From contig JBPOGI010000004.1 of the NCBI GenBank assembly GCA_051251855.1, forward strand, positions 288,001-352,000: DNA of 64,000 bases. Direction: 5' to 3'. Below are positions 9,239 to 18,936 of this stretch, in pieces. The stretch's first letter is position 1, and the number at the start of each line of letters is the position of its first letter. The notes under the pieces are model-generated. The model made no database searches. It had not been told where the DNA came from and saw only the letters and a list, made by a program, of their open reading frames with translations. This DNA is from Roseibacillus sp. (GTDB lineage Bacteria > Verrucomicrobiota > Verrucomicrobiia > Verrucomicrobiales > Akkermansiaceae). A program made the position numbers and the translations under genes.

Positions 9239-9350
9239 TGCTCTCTAGTTTCTCTACACAATCACCCCCATGCAAGACATCTTCCTCTGGCCCATCCCTT
9301 TCATCTTGCTCCCTCCCATCAAAAAGATACTCTTACCTGCCCCCTCCTAG

Positions 9351-9707
9351 ATGGAATTCTCCCGCCACCTCTATTCATTCTTTAACCTCGCAGAAGGGTG
9401 TCTCTGGATCGCAACCGCGTTCTATCTCATCGCTTTCCGAGAGCGCTTCAAACCAGAAAAGAGGTTCTGGGTTCTCCTCGCTGCCCCTGCGTTTGTTACC
9501 TTCGCCGTTTCTGACTTTCTGGAAGCTCCCCGCTACGCAGCAGATCTCCCCACCTGGCTCTGGGTGACCAAGATCATCGCTGGCTTCATCATCTTTCTCT
9601 GTCGCGTCGTCTACCTCGGCTCCAATCAAAAGCGAGCCGTCACCGAGACCGTCGTCTTCGGCCTCTTACTTCTCAGCGTAGCACTCTACCTGATGCGCTT
9701 GTTCTAG
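9351..9707 (+). CDS. Small hypothetical membrane protein
   Basis: 118 aa with about 4 hydrophobic segments; fills the gap between its neighbours. Confidence 0.65.
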   Translation: MEFSRHLYSFFNLAEGCLWIATAFYLIAFRERFKPEKRFWVLLAAPAFVTFAVSDFLEAPRYAADLPTWLWVTKIIAGFIIFLCRVVYLGSNQKRAVTETVVFGLLLLSVALYLMRLF

Positions 9708-10750
9708 ACCGGCGACATCAAATCGCGAAATCCACAAAAGAGCTTCGAGTTCTCAGGCGGCAGTGAAGGCACCACCATTTGATTGTCCAAAAACTCGTTC
9801 AACAGACCGAACAGCTCGTCCTTCTCTCGACAGCGCTTCATCCGAAACTCCAAATCCTCATCCAACCCCGCAAGGATGTAGTGCAGATAGCGCTTCATCT
9901 TATGAACGTGTTTCTTAGGATCAAACACCTTCCCAAAATCCACCCGTGAACGCGCAGTCTCCTCCCAAAGAATCTCCACGTAACGCAGCAGCTCCTCTCG
10001 CAACACTTCCTTTACCTCAACCCCAGCCAAAGCCTGCTTGAGCTGAGAAAAAATCCACGGATTCCGAATCGCCCCGCGCCCAATCATCACCCCCGCAGCC
10101 CCCGTCCTTTCCAAGTAAGCCAAACCGGTTGCCACATCGACCACATTGCCATTCGCTACAACCGGGCAACTCATCTTCTCTACCGCTGACCGCACCACAT
10201 CTACATGCACCGGTGTCTGATAGCGCTCCTTCACCGTCCGCCCATGCACACTCAACATATCGATGGAGTGCCGAGAGAAGACATCTAGCAGCGCACCAAA
10301 CTCTTCCTCACTCGCAAAGCCCACCCGAGTCTTTACCGTGAACCACCGTCCTCCACACTCCTCGCGCAATCCACCTAACAATCGATTCACTTGCTCCAAG
10401 TCACGCAACAACCCGCCCCCCGCCTGCTTCGAGCAAACCACCGGCGCCGGACAACCCAGATTAATATCCACCCCCGCCACCTCCTCGTGCTCTAACAATT
10501 GTCGAGCCGTGCGACGCATCTCCTCCACATCCTGCCCAATCATCTGCGCAATAATGGGACGCCCCGTTGGATTCTCCAAAATACTTGCCAGAATATCCTT
10601 CTCGATAGTCGAGTGAATATGGACCCGGAAATACTCCGTAATATAGAGGTCCGATCCTCCCCCACACTGCGCCAGCGTCCGCCAAAACGGCAAGTCAGTC
10701 ACCTCCTGCATCGGAGCAAGAACGCTAAAGGGCTGCGGCAAGTCCACCAT
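9704..10750 (-). CDS. tRNA-dihydrouridine synthase (Dus family)
   Basis: LAPM, DINLGCPAP, TVKTRVG, VHGRT, VANGNV and GVMIGRGAIRNPW motifs. Confidence 0.92.
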   Translation of the reverse strand: MVDLPQPFSVLAPMQEVTDLPFWRTLAQCGGGSDLYITEYFRVHIHSTIEKDILASILENPTGRPIIAQMIGQDVEEMRRTARQLLEHEEVAGVDINLGCPAPVVCSKQAGGGLLRDLEQVNRLLGGLREECGGRWFTVKTRVGFASEEEFGALLDVFSRHSIDMLSVHGRTVKERYQTPVHVDVVRSAVEKMSCPVVANGNVVDVATGLAYLERTGAAGVMIGRGAIRNPWIFSQLKQALAGVEVKEVLREELLRYVEILWEETARSRVDFGKVFDPKKHVHKMKRYLHYILAGLDEDLEFRMKRCREKDELFGLLNEFLDNQMVVPSLPPENSKLFCGFRDLMSPV

Positions 10751-10795
10751 CGCACTTATCCATGCCCAAATTCACCCTAACTCACCAGCCAAATT

Positions 10796-11647
10796 CTATC
10801 CCATCAATCTCTCTCGCAAAAACAACCCCACTCGCTCGCGAAAACCCCGATTAAAAAACTCCGCTCCACCATGCCCTCCCTCCGGTAACACCTCCAACGC
10901 CACCTCCATCCCCGCCTCTTCATAAGCCTCCGCCATCCGATAAGCTTGATCGACCTGAACCTGCGCATCCTTCGCCCCATGAATTACCATCAATGGAGGT
11001 GCCTCCCCCTTCACCTGAAAAGCCGGACTCGCCATCTTCGCCAAATCCTCATCCTCACTCGCCGCCACCCCTAACAAATTATGCACCACCGAGCCCACCG
11101 GTTCCGTCGCCCTCGGTTGTGTCTTCGAACGCAACACCAAATCACTGGCCCCGAAGTAATTCACCATCGCACTCACCTTTGAACTCTCCTCCAAGTGACC
11201 ACCCACTTCGCCCTCCAAATCTCCCTCACCCAAACCCGCCATCATTGCCACATGCCCCCCCGAGGACACCCCCACCGCCGCCACTCGACGCGCATCAAAT
11301 CCATACTCCTCCGCATGAGCGCGCAACCAGCGAATCGCCCCCTTGGCATCATGCACCTGAGCCGGAAACTTTGCCTCCCCACTCAAGCGATGCTGCACAC
11401 TCGCCACTGCAAAGCCATACCCCACCAACCAATCCACCGCCGGCCACTTATAAGTTCCCATCTGCCACCCACCGCCGTGAAAATAAACCACCAGCGGACA
11501 ATTTTCCTTCCAAAACGGAAGATACAGGTCGAGACACAGCTCCTTCCCATCCACCTCCGCAAAGGTGACATCACTAAACGTCGGCCCCTTCACTCGCGCA
11601 AAAGCCATCTCCAAAGACCCTACAAATCTGTCCATCCAACCGTTCAT
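10796..11647 (-). CDS. Alpha/beta hydrolase (HSL-like acetyl esterase/lipase)
   Basis: HGGGW oxyanion motif, GVSSGG nucleophile elbow, HGAKD...GGHG catalytic Asp/His. Confidence 0.9.
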   Translation of the reverse strand: MNGWMDRFVGSLEMAFARVKGPTFSDVTFAEVDGKELCLDLYLPFWKENCPLVVYFHGGGWQMGTYKWPAVDWLVGYGFAVASVQHRLSGEAKFPAQVHDAKGAIRWLRAHAEEYGFDARRVAAVGVSSGGHVAMMAGLGEGDLEGEVGGHLEESSKVSAMVNYFGASDLVLRSKTQPRATEPVGSVVHNLLGVAASEDEDLAKMASPAFQVKGEAPPLMVIHGAKDAQVQVDQAYRMAEAYEEAGMEVALEVLPEGGHGGAEFFNRGFRERVGLFLRERLMG

Positions 11648-11697
11648 CTCAAAGCCCTATCCTGCCCTTCAGTCCTCGCTCCGTCCATTCGCAAAAC

Positions 11698-14661
11698 CTA
11701 CCCCTCCAGAATCTCCATCACCTCGTTCTCACTCATCCCCGCCGAACCCGCATCCCCCTCCACCAGCGACTCAATGAGCGCTCGCTTCTTCTCCTGCAAA
11801 GTCAAAATCTTCTCCTCCACCGTGCCACGCGCAATCAGTTTATAACTCGTCACCACCCGCTCTTGCCCGATGCGATAAGCCCGGTCCGTCGCCTGAGCCT
11901 CTACCGCTGGGTTCCACCAGGGATCGACATGAATCACCGTATCCGCCCCCGTCAGGTTCAGGCCCACGCCCCCTGCCTTCAGCGAAATCAAAAACACCGG
12001 AATATCATCATTCTCTTGAAAGCGCTTCACCACTTCCCCTCGCTTCTTCGTCGAGCCATCGAGATAACACGACTTCCACCCTCGCTCCGCCAACATCGGC
12101 ACCATCGCCTGCAAAAACTGCACAAACTGAGAGAAAACCAACACCCGATGCCCTCCTGCCACCGCCTCTTCTAACAACTCCTCCAACAAACGAATCTTCG
12201 CCCCCACTTCCTCCTCCTTCAATCCCGTCAAACGCAAGTCACAACACGCCTGCCGCAACCTTAACAAGGCCGTCAACGCAATCATCCGCTTTGCCCCCCC
12301 TTCCGCATCCGAAACCCGCTGACGACTCTCGCGTAAAATCGCCTCATAAACCTCACGCTGCCGCTTGCCCAACTCCACATAGCGTACCTGCTCAATCTTC
12401 TCCGGCAGCTCCGTCGCCACCTCCGTCTTCATCCGCCTCAACAACAACGGCCGCAACCGCCGCGACAAGCGCGCGCGCAAAGCCAGTTCATCCCCCTTTG
12501 CCAGTGGCTTCTCATAACGCTCCCCAAAATCCTTCCGCCTCCCCAAATACCCCGGCTGCACGAAATTCATAATACTCCACAAGTCCCGCACCGAGTTCTC
12601 CACCGGAGTCCCCGTCAGCGCAAAGCGATTCTCCCCACTCAACAAAAACGCCGCTTTCGACACCTGTGCCTCCGGATTCTTAATCGTCTGTGCCTCATCC
12701 AGCACCACCGTAGTAAACCCCCACTCCTTCCAAACTTCCGCATCAATGCGCAACAAGGCATAACTCGTCACCAGCACATCCGCCTCCGCCCCCTTTTTCT
12801 GCAAAGTCTTCTTCCGCTTCGGCCCCTCAATCGCCACAGCCTTCATCTCCGGAAAAAACTTCCCCGCCTCATCGACCCAGTTCGAGACCAACGACGAAGG
12901 ACACACCACCAGAGATTGACCACCCGTTGCATGCAAAAACGTCAACGTTTGCAGCGTCTTACCCAACCCCATATCATCCGCCAAAATCCCACCCATCCCC
13001 ACACTGGACAGCTTCAACATCCACTCCACTCCCACCCGCTGATAGTCCCGCAGAATCTCCTCCCCCGGCCCCAAATCCCACTCATACTCTTCGTCCAACC
13101 CAGGCTCATCCCCTACCGCCTTGATGACCCCGTCACGCACCGCCTCCCGCAAGTAACCAGCCTGAGCCACACTCACCCGCATCACTCCCCCACCTGTCTG
13201 CTGCCCCTCCAAGTCACGCTGCAACTCCTCAACCTCACGCGCCACCGACTCCTCCATCACCACCACTCGCCCATCAGGCAAAGTCCGCTGCCCTCCATCA
13301 CCTCCCTGAAAAATCCGTCTCACCTCCGCAGCTCCCAGCGCGTTTCCGTTCCCCGATCGATATCCCACACTCACCCCAAACCAATCTTCCCCACTACTGG
13401 TATACTCTACCTCCGGCGTCACCTCCACCACCTGCCCCGCCGCATGGCGAAAGCGCTCCCCCTCCCGCACCACCCAATCGCTTGGCACCTTCTTCCGCCC
13501 ATAGGCATGGAACCGCACGATCTCTTCCTTATCCTTGAGCACAAAACTCCCTCGCCCTTTCTCAAAACCCCAGTCTCGCAAAAACATCCGCGCCGCCGAC
13601 TCCGCTTCCTCATCCTTCAAAAACGAGCCCTCATACTCCGCGTAATCAAACTCCAACTCCGCCTCCAAATGATTCAACGACCCCTCAAAAGTCACCCGCA
13701 CCACCGGTTGCACTACTCGCGGCAACTCATCCTCCACCGCTTCCAAATCAAAACACGCTCCCAGCTCCTCTCGAAACCGCCCCGCCCCCTCCAAGGTCAG
13801 CCCCACCGTCAACACCCGCTCCAAGCCATCCTCCAAACCACCCCCAATGGGCCAAAATCGCTTCGAATCAGCAAACCACCAAGCCCTCCCTTCTTCAATC
13901 AACGGGACTCCACCCGCAAAGTCCACCTTCACTCTATCCCCCTTCTTCACCAAAGGCAGCGGACGACGCGCCACCGACACCCGCACCTCCTCCTTCTTAC
14001 CCAAGCCCACGCGACCGTGCCCACCCAATCCATCTAACAAATCCAAGAACTCACCCTTCCCCAAAAAGCCCACTCCAGGAACCACCAGCGGCGAAATCCC
14101 CTGCAACACCTCAAGCACCGCCGCATCCGCCTCACTCACAAAAAGCACCATCGAACCACCCAACGCACTCAACATCACCGCATCCCCCGAATCCATCTCT
14201 TCCACCTCCACCCCCACCATCAACTGCCCAGCCTGCCAACTCTTCTCAATATTCAGGGGCAACAGCACCCGCAACCGCACCGCCCTCGCACCCTCCTCTT
14301 CTTCCACTGTCCACTTCGGCCAATCCGGAGAAACCTTTGGCCCCGCATCCACCACAGCCTCCTCAGTCTTCGACTTCCCTTGCGGATCCAAATACTCCAA
14401 CCCCACCGCCACCACATGCGCACACACAACCCCCATCTTGCGAGCCGCATAGCAGCCACACTCATTATCGACATCACTCGCCGATCGCACCACCAACCTC
14501 GCCTTACCGGTCTTCCCACACCCCGGCACCTTTCCCTCCAGCACTCCATCTCGGTAGCTCACCTCGCGCACCACCCCCGCCCGCCATGTGCCCCGAGCCT
14601 CCTTCATCACCTTCCATCCCGCCATGTCCATCAGGACCTTTTCCGACAACTCAAAACTCAT
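11698..14661 (-). CDS. SWIM zinc finger-SNF2 family helicase/ATPase
   Basis: CGC...CAH SWIM motif; LADDMGLGKT, DEAQ, LTGTPVEN, GGVGLNLT and QATDRAYRIGQ. Confidence 0.95.
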   Translation of the reverse strand: MSFELSEKVLMDMAGWKVMKEARGTWRAGVVREVSYRDGVLEGKVPGCGKTGKARLVVRSASDVDNECGCYAARKMGVVCAHVVAVGLEYLDPQGKSKTEEAVVDAGPKVSPDWPKWTVEEEEGARAVRLRVLLPLNIEKSWQAGQLMVGVEVEEMDSGDAVMLSALGGSMVLFVSEADAAVLEVLQGISPLVVPGVGFLGKGEFLDLLDGLGGHGRVGLGKKEEVRVSVARRPLPLVKKGDRVKVDFAGGVPLIEEGRAWWFADSKRFWPIGGGLEDGLERVLTVGLTLEGAGRFREELGACFDLEAVEDELPRVVQPVVRVTFEGSLNHLEAELEFDYAEYEGSFLKDEEAESAARMFLRDWGFEKGRGSFVLKDKEEIVRFHAYGRKKVPSDWVVREGERFRHAAGQVVEVTPEVEYTSSGEDWFGVSVGYRSGNGNALGAAEVRRIFQGGDGGQRTLPDGRVVVMEESVAREVEELQRDLEGQQTGGGVMRVSVAQAGYLREAVRDGVIKAVGDEPGLDEEYEWDLGPGEEILRDYQRVGVEWMLKLSSVGMGGILADDMGLGKTLQTLTFLHATGGQSLVVCPSSLVSNWVDEAGKFFPEMKAVAIEGPKRKKTLQKKGAEADVLVTSYALLRIDAEVWKEWGFTTVVLDEAQTIKNPEAQVSKAAFLLSGENRFALTGTPVENSVRDLWSIMNFVQPGYLGRRKDFGERYEKPLAKGDELALRARLSRRLRPLLLRRMKTEVATELPEKIEQVRYVELGKRQREVYEAILRESRQRVSDAEGGAKRMIALTALLRLRQACCDLRLTGLKEEEVGAKIRLLEELLEEAVAGGHRVLVFSQFVQFLQAMVPMLAERGWKSCYLDGSTKKRGEVVKRFQENDDIPVFLISLKAGGVGLNLTGADTVIHVDPWWNPAVEAQATDRAYRIGQERVVTSYKLIARGTVEEKILTLQEKKRALIESLVEGDAGSAGMSENEVMEILEG

Positions 14662-14719
14662 GCGCCCCGCATCCTAACGACCCCACCCCTCACCGTCCAC
14701 TCTCCAAGAGAATAAACCT

Positions 14720-15280
14720 TCACCCCTTTGCAGCGACCCGAGCCTCTTCCAGATACTCCAAACTGCCATGCTTCTCACACCAACCTTCTATGTAATCAAA
14801 GTCCAACTGGTCCTCTTGCCGAAGAAGGACTTTTACCACATCATCAAAATCTTTCGCTCTCGCCGCTCCCTTGGTCCAGCGAAGCTTCTGAACCACCACA
14901 TCTTCCGCCGACGCTATCCAAGTTTCGATTCCTTCCCCCAGGTCAACCCGCACTCTCCGTCGAAACCGTTCCTGGTCGAACTCATCTTCACTTAAATGAA
15001 AAACTTCAATTTCAAAGAGACTCCCTTCGGTAAAAATCAGCTTCTTCCGAGTCGCAGTAATCATCTCGAATCCACCTTGCGGATCCAGCATCATCCCCTC
15101 AGGTAAATCTTCTGACAAGCGACTCCATGACTGGTCATCAAACCTAAGAACAATATCAGCATCTTTAGTCGCTCGAGGAATTCCAAAATAGTTCGAGGAA
15201 AATGATCCAACCACCATATAAGGAATCTCCCGCTTATTCAGAAACTGAACAAATTGAGCCAATAATTTCGAACCCGTCAT
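14720..15280 (-). CDS. Nucleotidyltransferase toxin, MenT1 (Rv0078A)-like
   Basis: Start reassigned to ATG 15280, which overlaps the upstream stop. YMVVGS...PRATKDADIV gives the G-[GS]...DxD signature; also ASAEDVVVQKL and RAKDFDD. Confidence 0.7.
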   Translation of the reverse strand: MTGSKLLAQFVQFLNKREIPYMVVGSFSSNYFGIPRATKDADIVLRFDDQSWSRLSEDLPEGMMLDPQGGFEMITATRKKLIFTEGSLFEIEVFHLSEDEFDQERFRRRVRVDLGEGIETWIASAEDVVVQKLRWTKGAARAKDFDDVVKVLLRQEDQLDFDYIEGWCEKHGSLEYLEEARVAAKG

Positions 15281-15513
15281 TTGCCCATTCTGTCCGCTAA
15301 TTTTAAAAGTCGCTTCAATTCCTGTCGCAACGCCGTTGCTGACCAGGTTGGATTCTGCGCCTTCAGCCCAGCAAGACTTACTCGACAAGCATCATCGAAC
15401 AACTCAACACCCGAGAAAAACCTCTCTCGATCACTCATCCGCCGCGCCTGCTCGACCTTACGAGCATCGCACTCCGCCGCCTCCTGGCGAATCTGTTCCG
15501 ACGTGATTTCCAC
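15277..15513 (-). CDS. Small helical antitoxin, MenA1 (Rv0078B)-like
   Basis: About 78 aa from GTG 15513; ATGA-coupled to the NTase; ERF...LFD...GLKAQNPTWS...ELKRLL pattern. Confidence 0.6.
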   Translation of the reverse strand: MEITSEQIRQEAAECDARKVEQARRMSDRERFFSGVELFDDACRVSLAGLKAQNPTWSATALRQELKRLLKLADRMGK

Positions 15514-15630
15514 GGTCAAAGAATAGCCCACGCTCGCAGAAACCTCAACGCCCATTTCAATGGCTACGAACACCCTTCACACCCACGACTCTCTATTGCA
15601 AACTGCTCCATCTCAGTCTAAAACCAAGCC

Positions 15631-16158
15631 ATGAAGCTCTATCTGCTCGCACTGGCGCTGTTTCTCAGCTCCTGCGCCATGAACACCGGCAAGTTCGTTC
15701 CCGAGGAAAAACAGTCCCGTCTCCCCGACCTCTACGAGCGGGACCAATACAACCGCCTTGTCGGACTCCGCAGCTACGGAGCCAAAGATTACCTCCTCGT
15801 CTTCTTCTATCCCGAAGCCGACACCCCCGGATGAATCAAGCAATGCAAAGCACTGGAGTCTTCAGTGCAAAAACTCGCCAACGCCAAAGTCCGCGCCCTC
15901 GGAGTCTCTATGGACTCCATTTCCAAGCAAAAGGCCTTCTCTGATAAATACAACCTCACTTTCCCCCTCCTTTGCGACATCGACGGCTCCATGTGTGACA
16001 AATTCGAAGTCCCCCATCCCAACAACCGCCCTGCCCGCATCAGCTTCCTTTTCCACGACCAACAACTCATTTGGACCGACTACACCGTCACCCCTGCCCG
16101 TCACATTGACCACGCCCTCGAAGCCGTCGCGGAACATCGTTCTGGCACCCTCAACTAA
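15631..16158 (+). CDS. Lipoprotein peroxiredoxin (BCP/PrxQ-like), probable selenoprotein with UGA at 15832-15834 read as Sec
   Basis: ORFs 15631..15834 and 15865..16158 are in the same frame. Joined sequence: lipobox LSSC, FFYPEADTPG-[TGA]-IKQC, GVSMDS, FPLLCD and conserved Arg (PARISF). The TGA sits exactly at the peroxidatic Cys of PxxxTxxC. Confidence 0.85.
15850..15868 (+). promoter_or_regulatory. Bacterial SECIS-like hairpin
   Basis: GCACTGG-AGTCT-TCAGTGC stem-loop. The apical GU lies 24-25 nt after the UGA, and the loop resembles the E. coli fdhF AGGUCU loop. Confidence 0.7.
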
Positions 16159-16167
16159 CCCCATCTT

Positions 16168-16332
16168 ATGAAAATCATCCTCATTCTTACCCCCCTCTTT
16201 GCACTCACTTCCTGCGCCCTCGTCACCACCCCGTTAAAAGTCGCAGGGAGTGCCGCTGGCGCCGCCATTAACATCACTGGTAAGGCTGTCGGTGCTGGAG
16301 TCAGCCACCTCGGCAAAGATAAATCCGAATAA
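16168..16332 (+). CDS. Small glycine/alanine-rich lipoprotein (54 aa)
   Basis: Below the ORF-track cutoff. Manual translation MKIILILTPLFALTSC-ALVTTPLKVAGSAAGAAINITGKAVGAGVSHLGKDKSE with lipobox LTSC. Confidence 0.7.
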   Translation: MKIILILTPLFALTSCALVTTPLKVAGSAAGAAINITGKAVGAGVSHLGKDKSE

Positions 16333-16356
16333 GCATCCTCTCACTACTAGACTGCC

Positions 16357-17820
16357 TTAAGCAAAGGAAATCACCGTCGCCACCGCCCGGTTCCACAGGT
16401 CCCAATCGACCCCAACCTCTTCTTGAGGAACAAACTCACGCTCCACCCCGAGCAAGCCCTCCAACTCAGCAAGGTCCTTCCAAAACCCCACCTGTAATCC
16501 CGCAAAACAAGCGGCTCCCAGCGCCGTCGTCTCCAAACAACTCGGCCGCGCCACCTTTACCCCCACGCAATCGGCCTGAATCTGCATCAAAAGATTCCCT
16601 CTCGCCGCACCTCCATCGACTCGCAGCGTCTTTAACTTCACTCCGCTATCCTTCTCCATCGCGCGCAACACCTCGCCGCACTGAAAAGCGATACTCTCCA
16701 ACGCTGCCCGACAAACCTCCGGCTTCCCCGTCCCTCGACTCATCCCCAACAACGCCGCTCTCGTCTCCGGATCCCAATGCGGCGCACCCAATCCCGTGAA
16801 GGCCGGAACCAATACCACGCCTTCTGAGCTTACACACTGCAAAGCCAAGGGCTCCACCTCGGCCGCATCCTCTATCATCCCCAAACCATCACGCAACCAA
16901 TTGAGAATCGCCCCCGCCATAAACACCGACCCCTCCAAAGCATAACTCACCTCCCCGTTCCGCGACCACGCCACCGTCGAAAGGAGACCATTCTCGGACG
17001 CCACCACTTCCGCCCCCGTATTCATCAACAAAAAGCAACCCGTGCCATAGGTGCTTTTCGCCATCCCAGCCTCGAAACAGCTCTGCCCAAACAACGCCGC
17101 ATGCTGATCCCCCGCCACCCCCGCAATCGATATCCCCTCCCACTCCCCAAACGAATCCGAACACTCCTTCACCTCCGGAAGCATCGTCATCGGCACCTCT
17201 AACAGCTCACATAACTCTTCGTCCCAGCGTTGCTTTTCAATATCAAAAAGCAAAGTCCTCGAAGCATTCGTCACATCTGTCGCATGCACCGCCCCCTTCG
17301 TCAACTTCCACAACAACCAACTATCGATCGTCCCAAAGCACAGTTCTCCCTTCTCCGCTCGTTCACGCGCCCCAGGCACATTTTCTAACAACCACCGCAC
17401 CTTCGTCCCCGAAAAATAAGGATCCAACCTCAGCCCCGTCCGCGCGCGCACCAACTCCTCACAACCTTTCTCTTGCAACTCCTCACAAAAATCCGCCGTC
17501 CTCCGATCCTGCCAAACGATTGCCCGGTGAATCAGCTCCCCCGTCTTCCGTTCCCAGACCAAAGTCGTCTCCCGTTGATTCGTGATTCCCATCGCCACCG
17601 CCCGTCTCCCCTCCGCCTCTAGCTGACCCAACACTTCCTTTAGGGTAGCCGACTGACATTTCCAGATCTCCTCCCCATCATGCTCCACCCAACCCGACTG
17701 CGGGTAATGCTGGGCAAATTCCCGCTGCGCCGAAGCCACCACTTCCCCATTCCTATCAAAGGCCAAGGTCCGCGAACTCGTCGTGCCTTGGTCCAACGCA
17801 AGAATCACCTCATCATTCAT
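16357..17820 (-). CDS. glpK: Glycerol kinase
   Basis: LALDQGTTSSR, ITNQRETT, WQDRRT, YFSGTK, GDQHAALFGQ, KSTYGTG, ETTALGAA. Start likely ATG 17820. Confidence 0.96.
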   Translation of the reverse strand: MNDEVILALDQGTTSSRTLAFDRNGEVVASAQREFAQHYPQSGWVEHDGEEIWKCQSATLKEVLGQLEAEGRRAVAMGITNQRETTLVWERKTGELIHRAIVWQDRRTADFCEELQEKGCEELVRARTGLRLDPYFSGTKVRWLLENVPGARERAEKGELCFGTIDSWLLWKLTKGAVHATDVTNASRTLLFDIEKQRWDEELCELLEVPMTMLPEVKECSDSFGEWEGISIAGVAGDQHAALFGQSCFEAGMAKSTYGTGCFLLMNTGAEVVASENGLLSTVAWSRNGEVSYALEGSVFMAGAILNWLRDGLGMIEDAAEVEPLALQCVSSEGVVLVPAFTGLGAPHWDPETRAALLGMSRGTGKPEVCRAALESIAFQCGEVLRAMEKDSGVKLKTLRVDGGAARGNLLMQIQADCVGVKVARPSCLETTALGAACFAGLQVGFWKDLAELEGLLGVEREFVPQEEVGVDWDLWNRAVATVISFA

Positions 17821-17884
17821 CCTCCCAGTCTCACCCATTCCTCAATCCAAGGAAACTCGAAAATCCCCCTCGCGCCCCATCAAG

Positions 17885-18151
17885 CTACCAAAGCCACCAC
17901 ATCAACAAAGGAGCGATGAGAGGAGCGGAAAAACCCAACCTCCAAGCAAACTGAGCCAACCTCTCTCGTTTCTTCGCATCAAAGACACGCGCCAGAAAGA
18001 ACGGAAAAAAGCACAATGCCCACCCCACGAAGAGACCGACCACCAGCCCACCCATTCCAGCACCCACTCCTCCCTCAGAAAGACCAATCCACGCTCCCAC
18101 GGCCGCTCCCGCACCCTGCGCTCCCAGATAAGTTAACTCTTCAACGTTCAT
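17885..18151 (-). CDS. Small hypothetical membrane protein
   Basis: 88 aa, Gly-rich and hydrophobic; ATGA-coupled to the upstream SDR. Confidence 0.6.
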   Translation of the reverse strand: MNVEELTYLGAQGAGAAVGAWIGLSEGGVGAGMGGLVVGLFVGWALCFFPFFLARVFDAKKRERLAQFAWRLGFSAPLIAPLLMWWLW

Positions 18152-18804
18152 GCCACTGTCAAACTCCTCCCGTTATCACTCCCCGACAACCCCTCCAAAA
18201 ATGGCACCGCCACCCGTCCCCATTCCTCTGCCGTTGGAAACCCAGCCGCTCCCTCCCCCCAAGTCTTGCGCAACATCTCGGTATCGATCACCCCTGGATT
18301 CAATGCCACCGCGGCCAAACCCTCTGGCAACTCTTCAGCCAAAGCTAGACTCAGTCCTTCCATGGCCCACTTCGTCGCACAATAGGGAGCCACCTCCGAA
18401 GAGACACTCCGTCCCCACCCGCTCGAAAAATTCACCACCACCCCCGTCCCCCGCTCAATCATCATCGGCACCGCCGCCCGAATCACATTCGCCACCCCCT
18501 TAATGTTTACGTCGACCACCTTTCCAAAATCCTCCTCCGTCACCTCCCAAAGCGGCCCCGGCGAATTGATGAGCGCTGCATTATTCACTAACAAATCTGG
18601 CGCACCCATTTTTTCCACAGCCGCTTTACAAAAAGCAGACACTGCATCTGCATCACAGACATCGACCTCCTCAAAGTAACCCTCCCCCATCTCACCCACC
18701 TTCCGAGCACAACCCGACACCTGCCATCCTTTAGCCTGAAACCCCTCCACCATCGCCTTCCCCAATCCGCGCGAGCATCCTGTAATCCAAACAACCTTTG
18801 CCAT
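18148..18804 (-). CDS. Short-chain dehydrogenase/reductase, resembling plant NADPH-dependent pterin aldehyde reductase
   Basis: TGCSRGLG, NNAA, NFSSGWGRS, YCATK and ALNPGVIDT. Confidence 0.88.
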   Translation of the reverse strand: MAKVVWITGCSRGLGKAMVEGFQAKGWQVSGCARKVGEMGEGYFEEVDVCDADAVSAFCKAAVEKMGAPDLLVNNAALINSPGPLWEVTEEDFGKVVDVNIKGVANVIRAAVPMMIERGTGVVVNFSSGWGRSVSSEVAPYCATKWAMEGLSLALAEELPEGLAAVALNPGVIDTEMLRKTWGEGAAGFPTAEEWGRVAVPFLEGLSGSDNGRSLTVA

Positions 18805-18936
18805 CTCCCTTCGAGACTACCATCTCGACCAAAAATTTCCTCCCAAAAATAACCTCTCCATCGCAAGTCCCTAGTATACCTCAAACAGCGCCGCTTTTTT
18901 ATTTCAACCCCTCAGACATTCTGCCAAAACCAGCCC

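Noticed and set aside
11863..14795. Many Pro/His-rich plus-strand ORFs (e.g. 12916..14037)
   Set aside because: Shadows of the SNF2 gene on a C-rich strand.
15631..15834. Separate 67-aa and 97-aa ORFs, or a Prx pseudogene
   Set aside because: Same frame, with the stop exactly at the catalytic Cys and a SECIS-like hairpin; better explained as a single selenoprotein.
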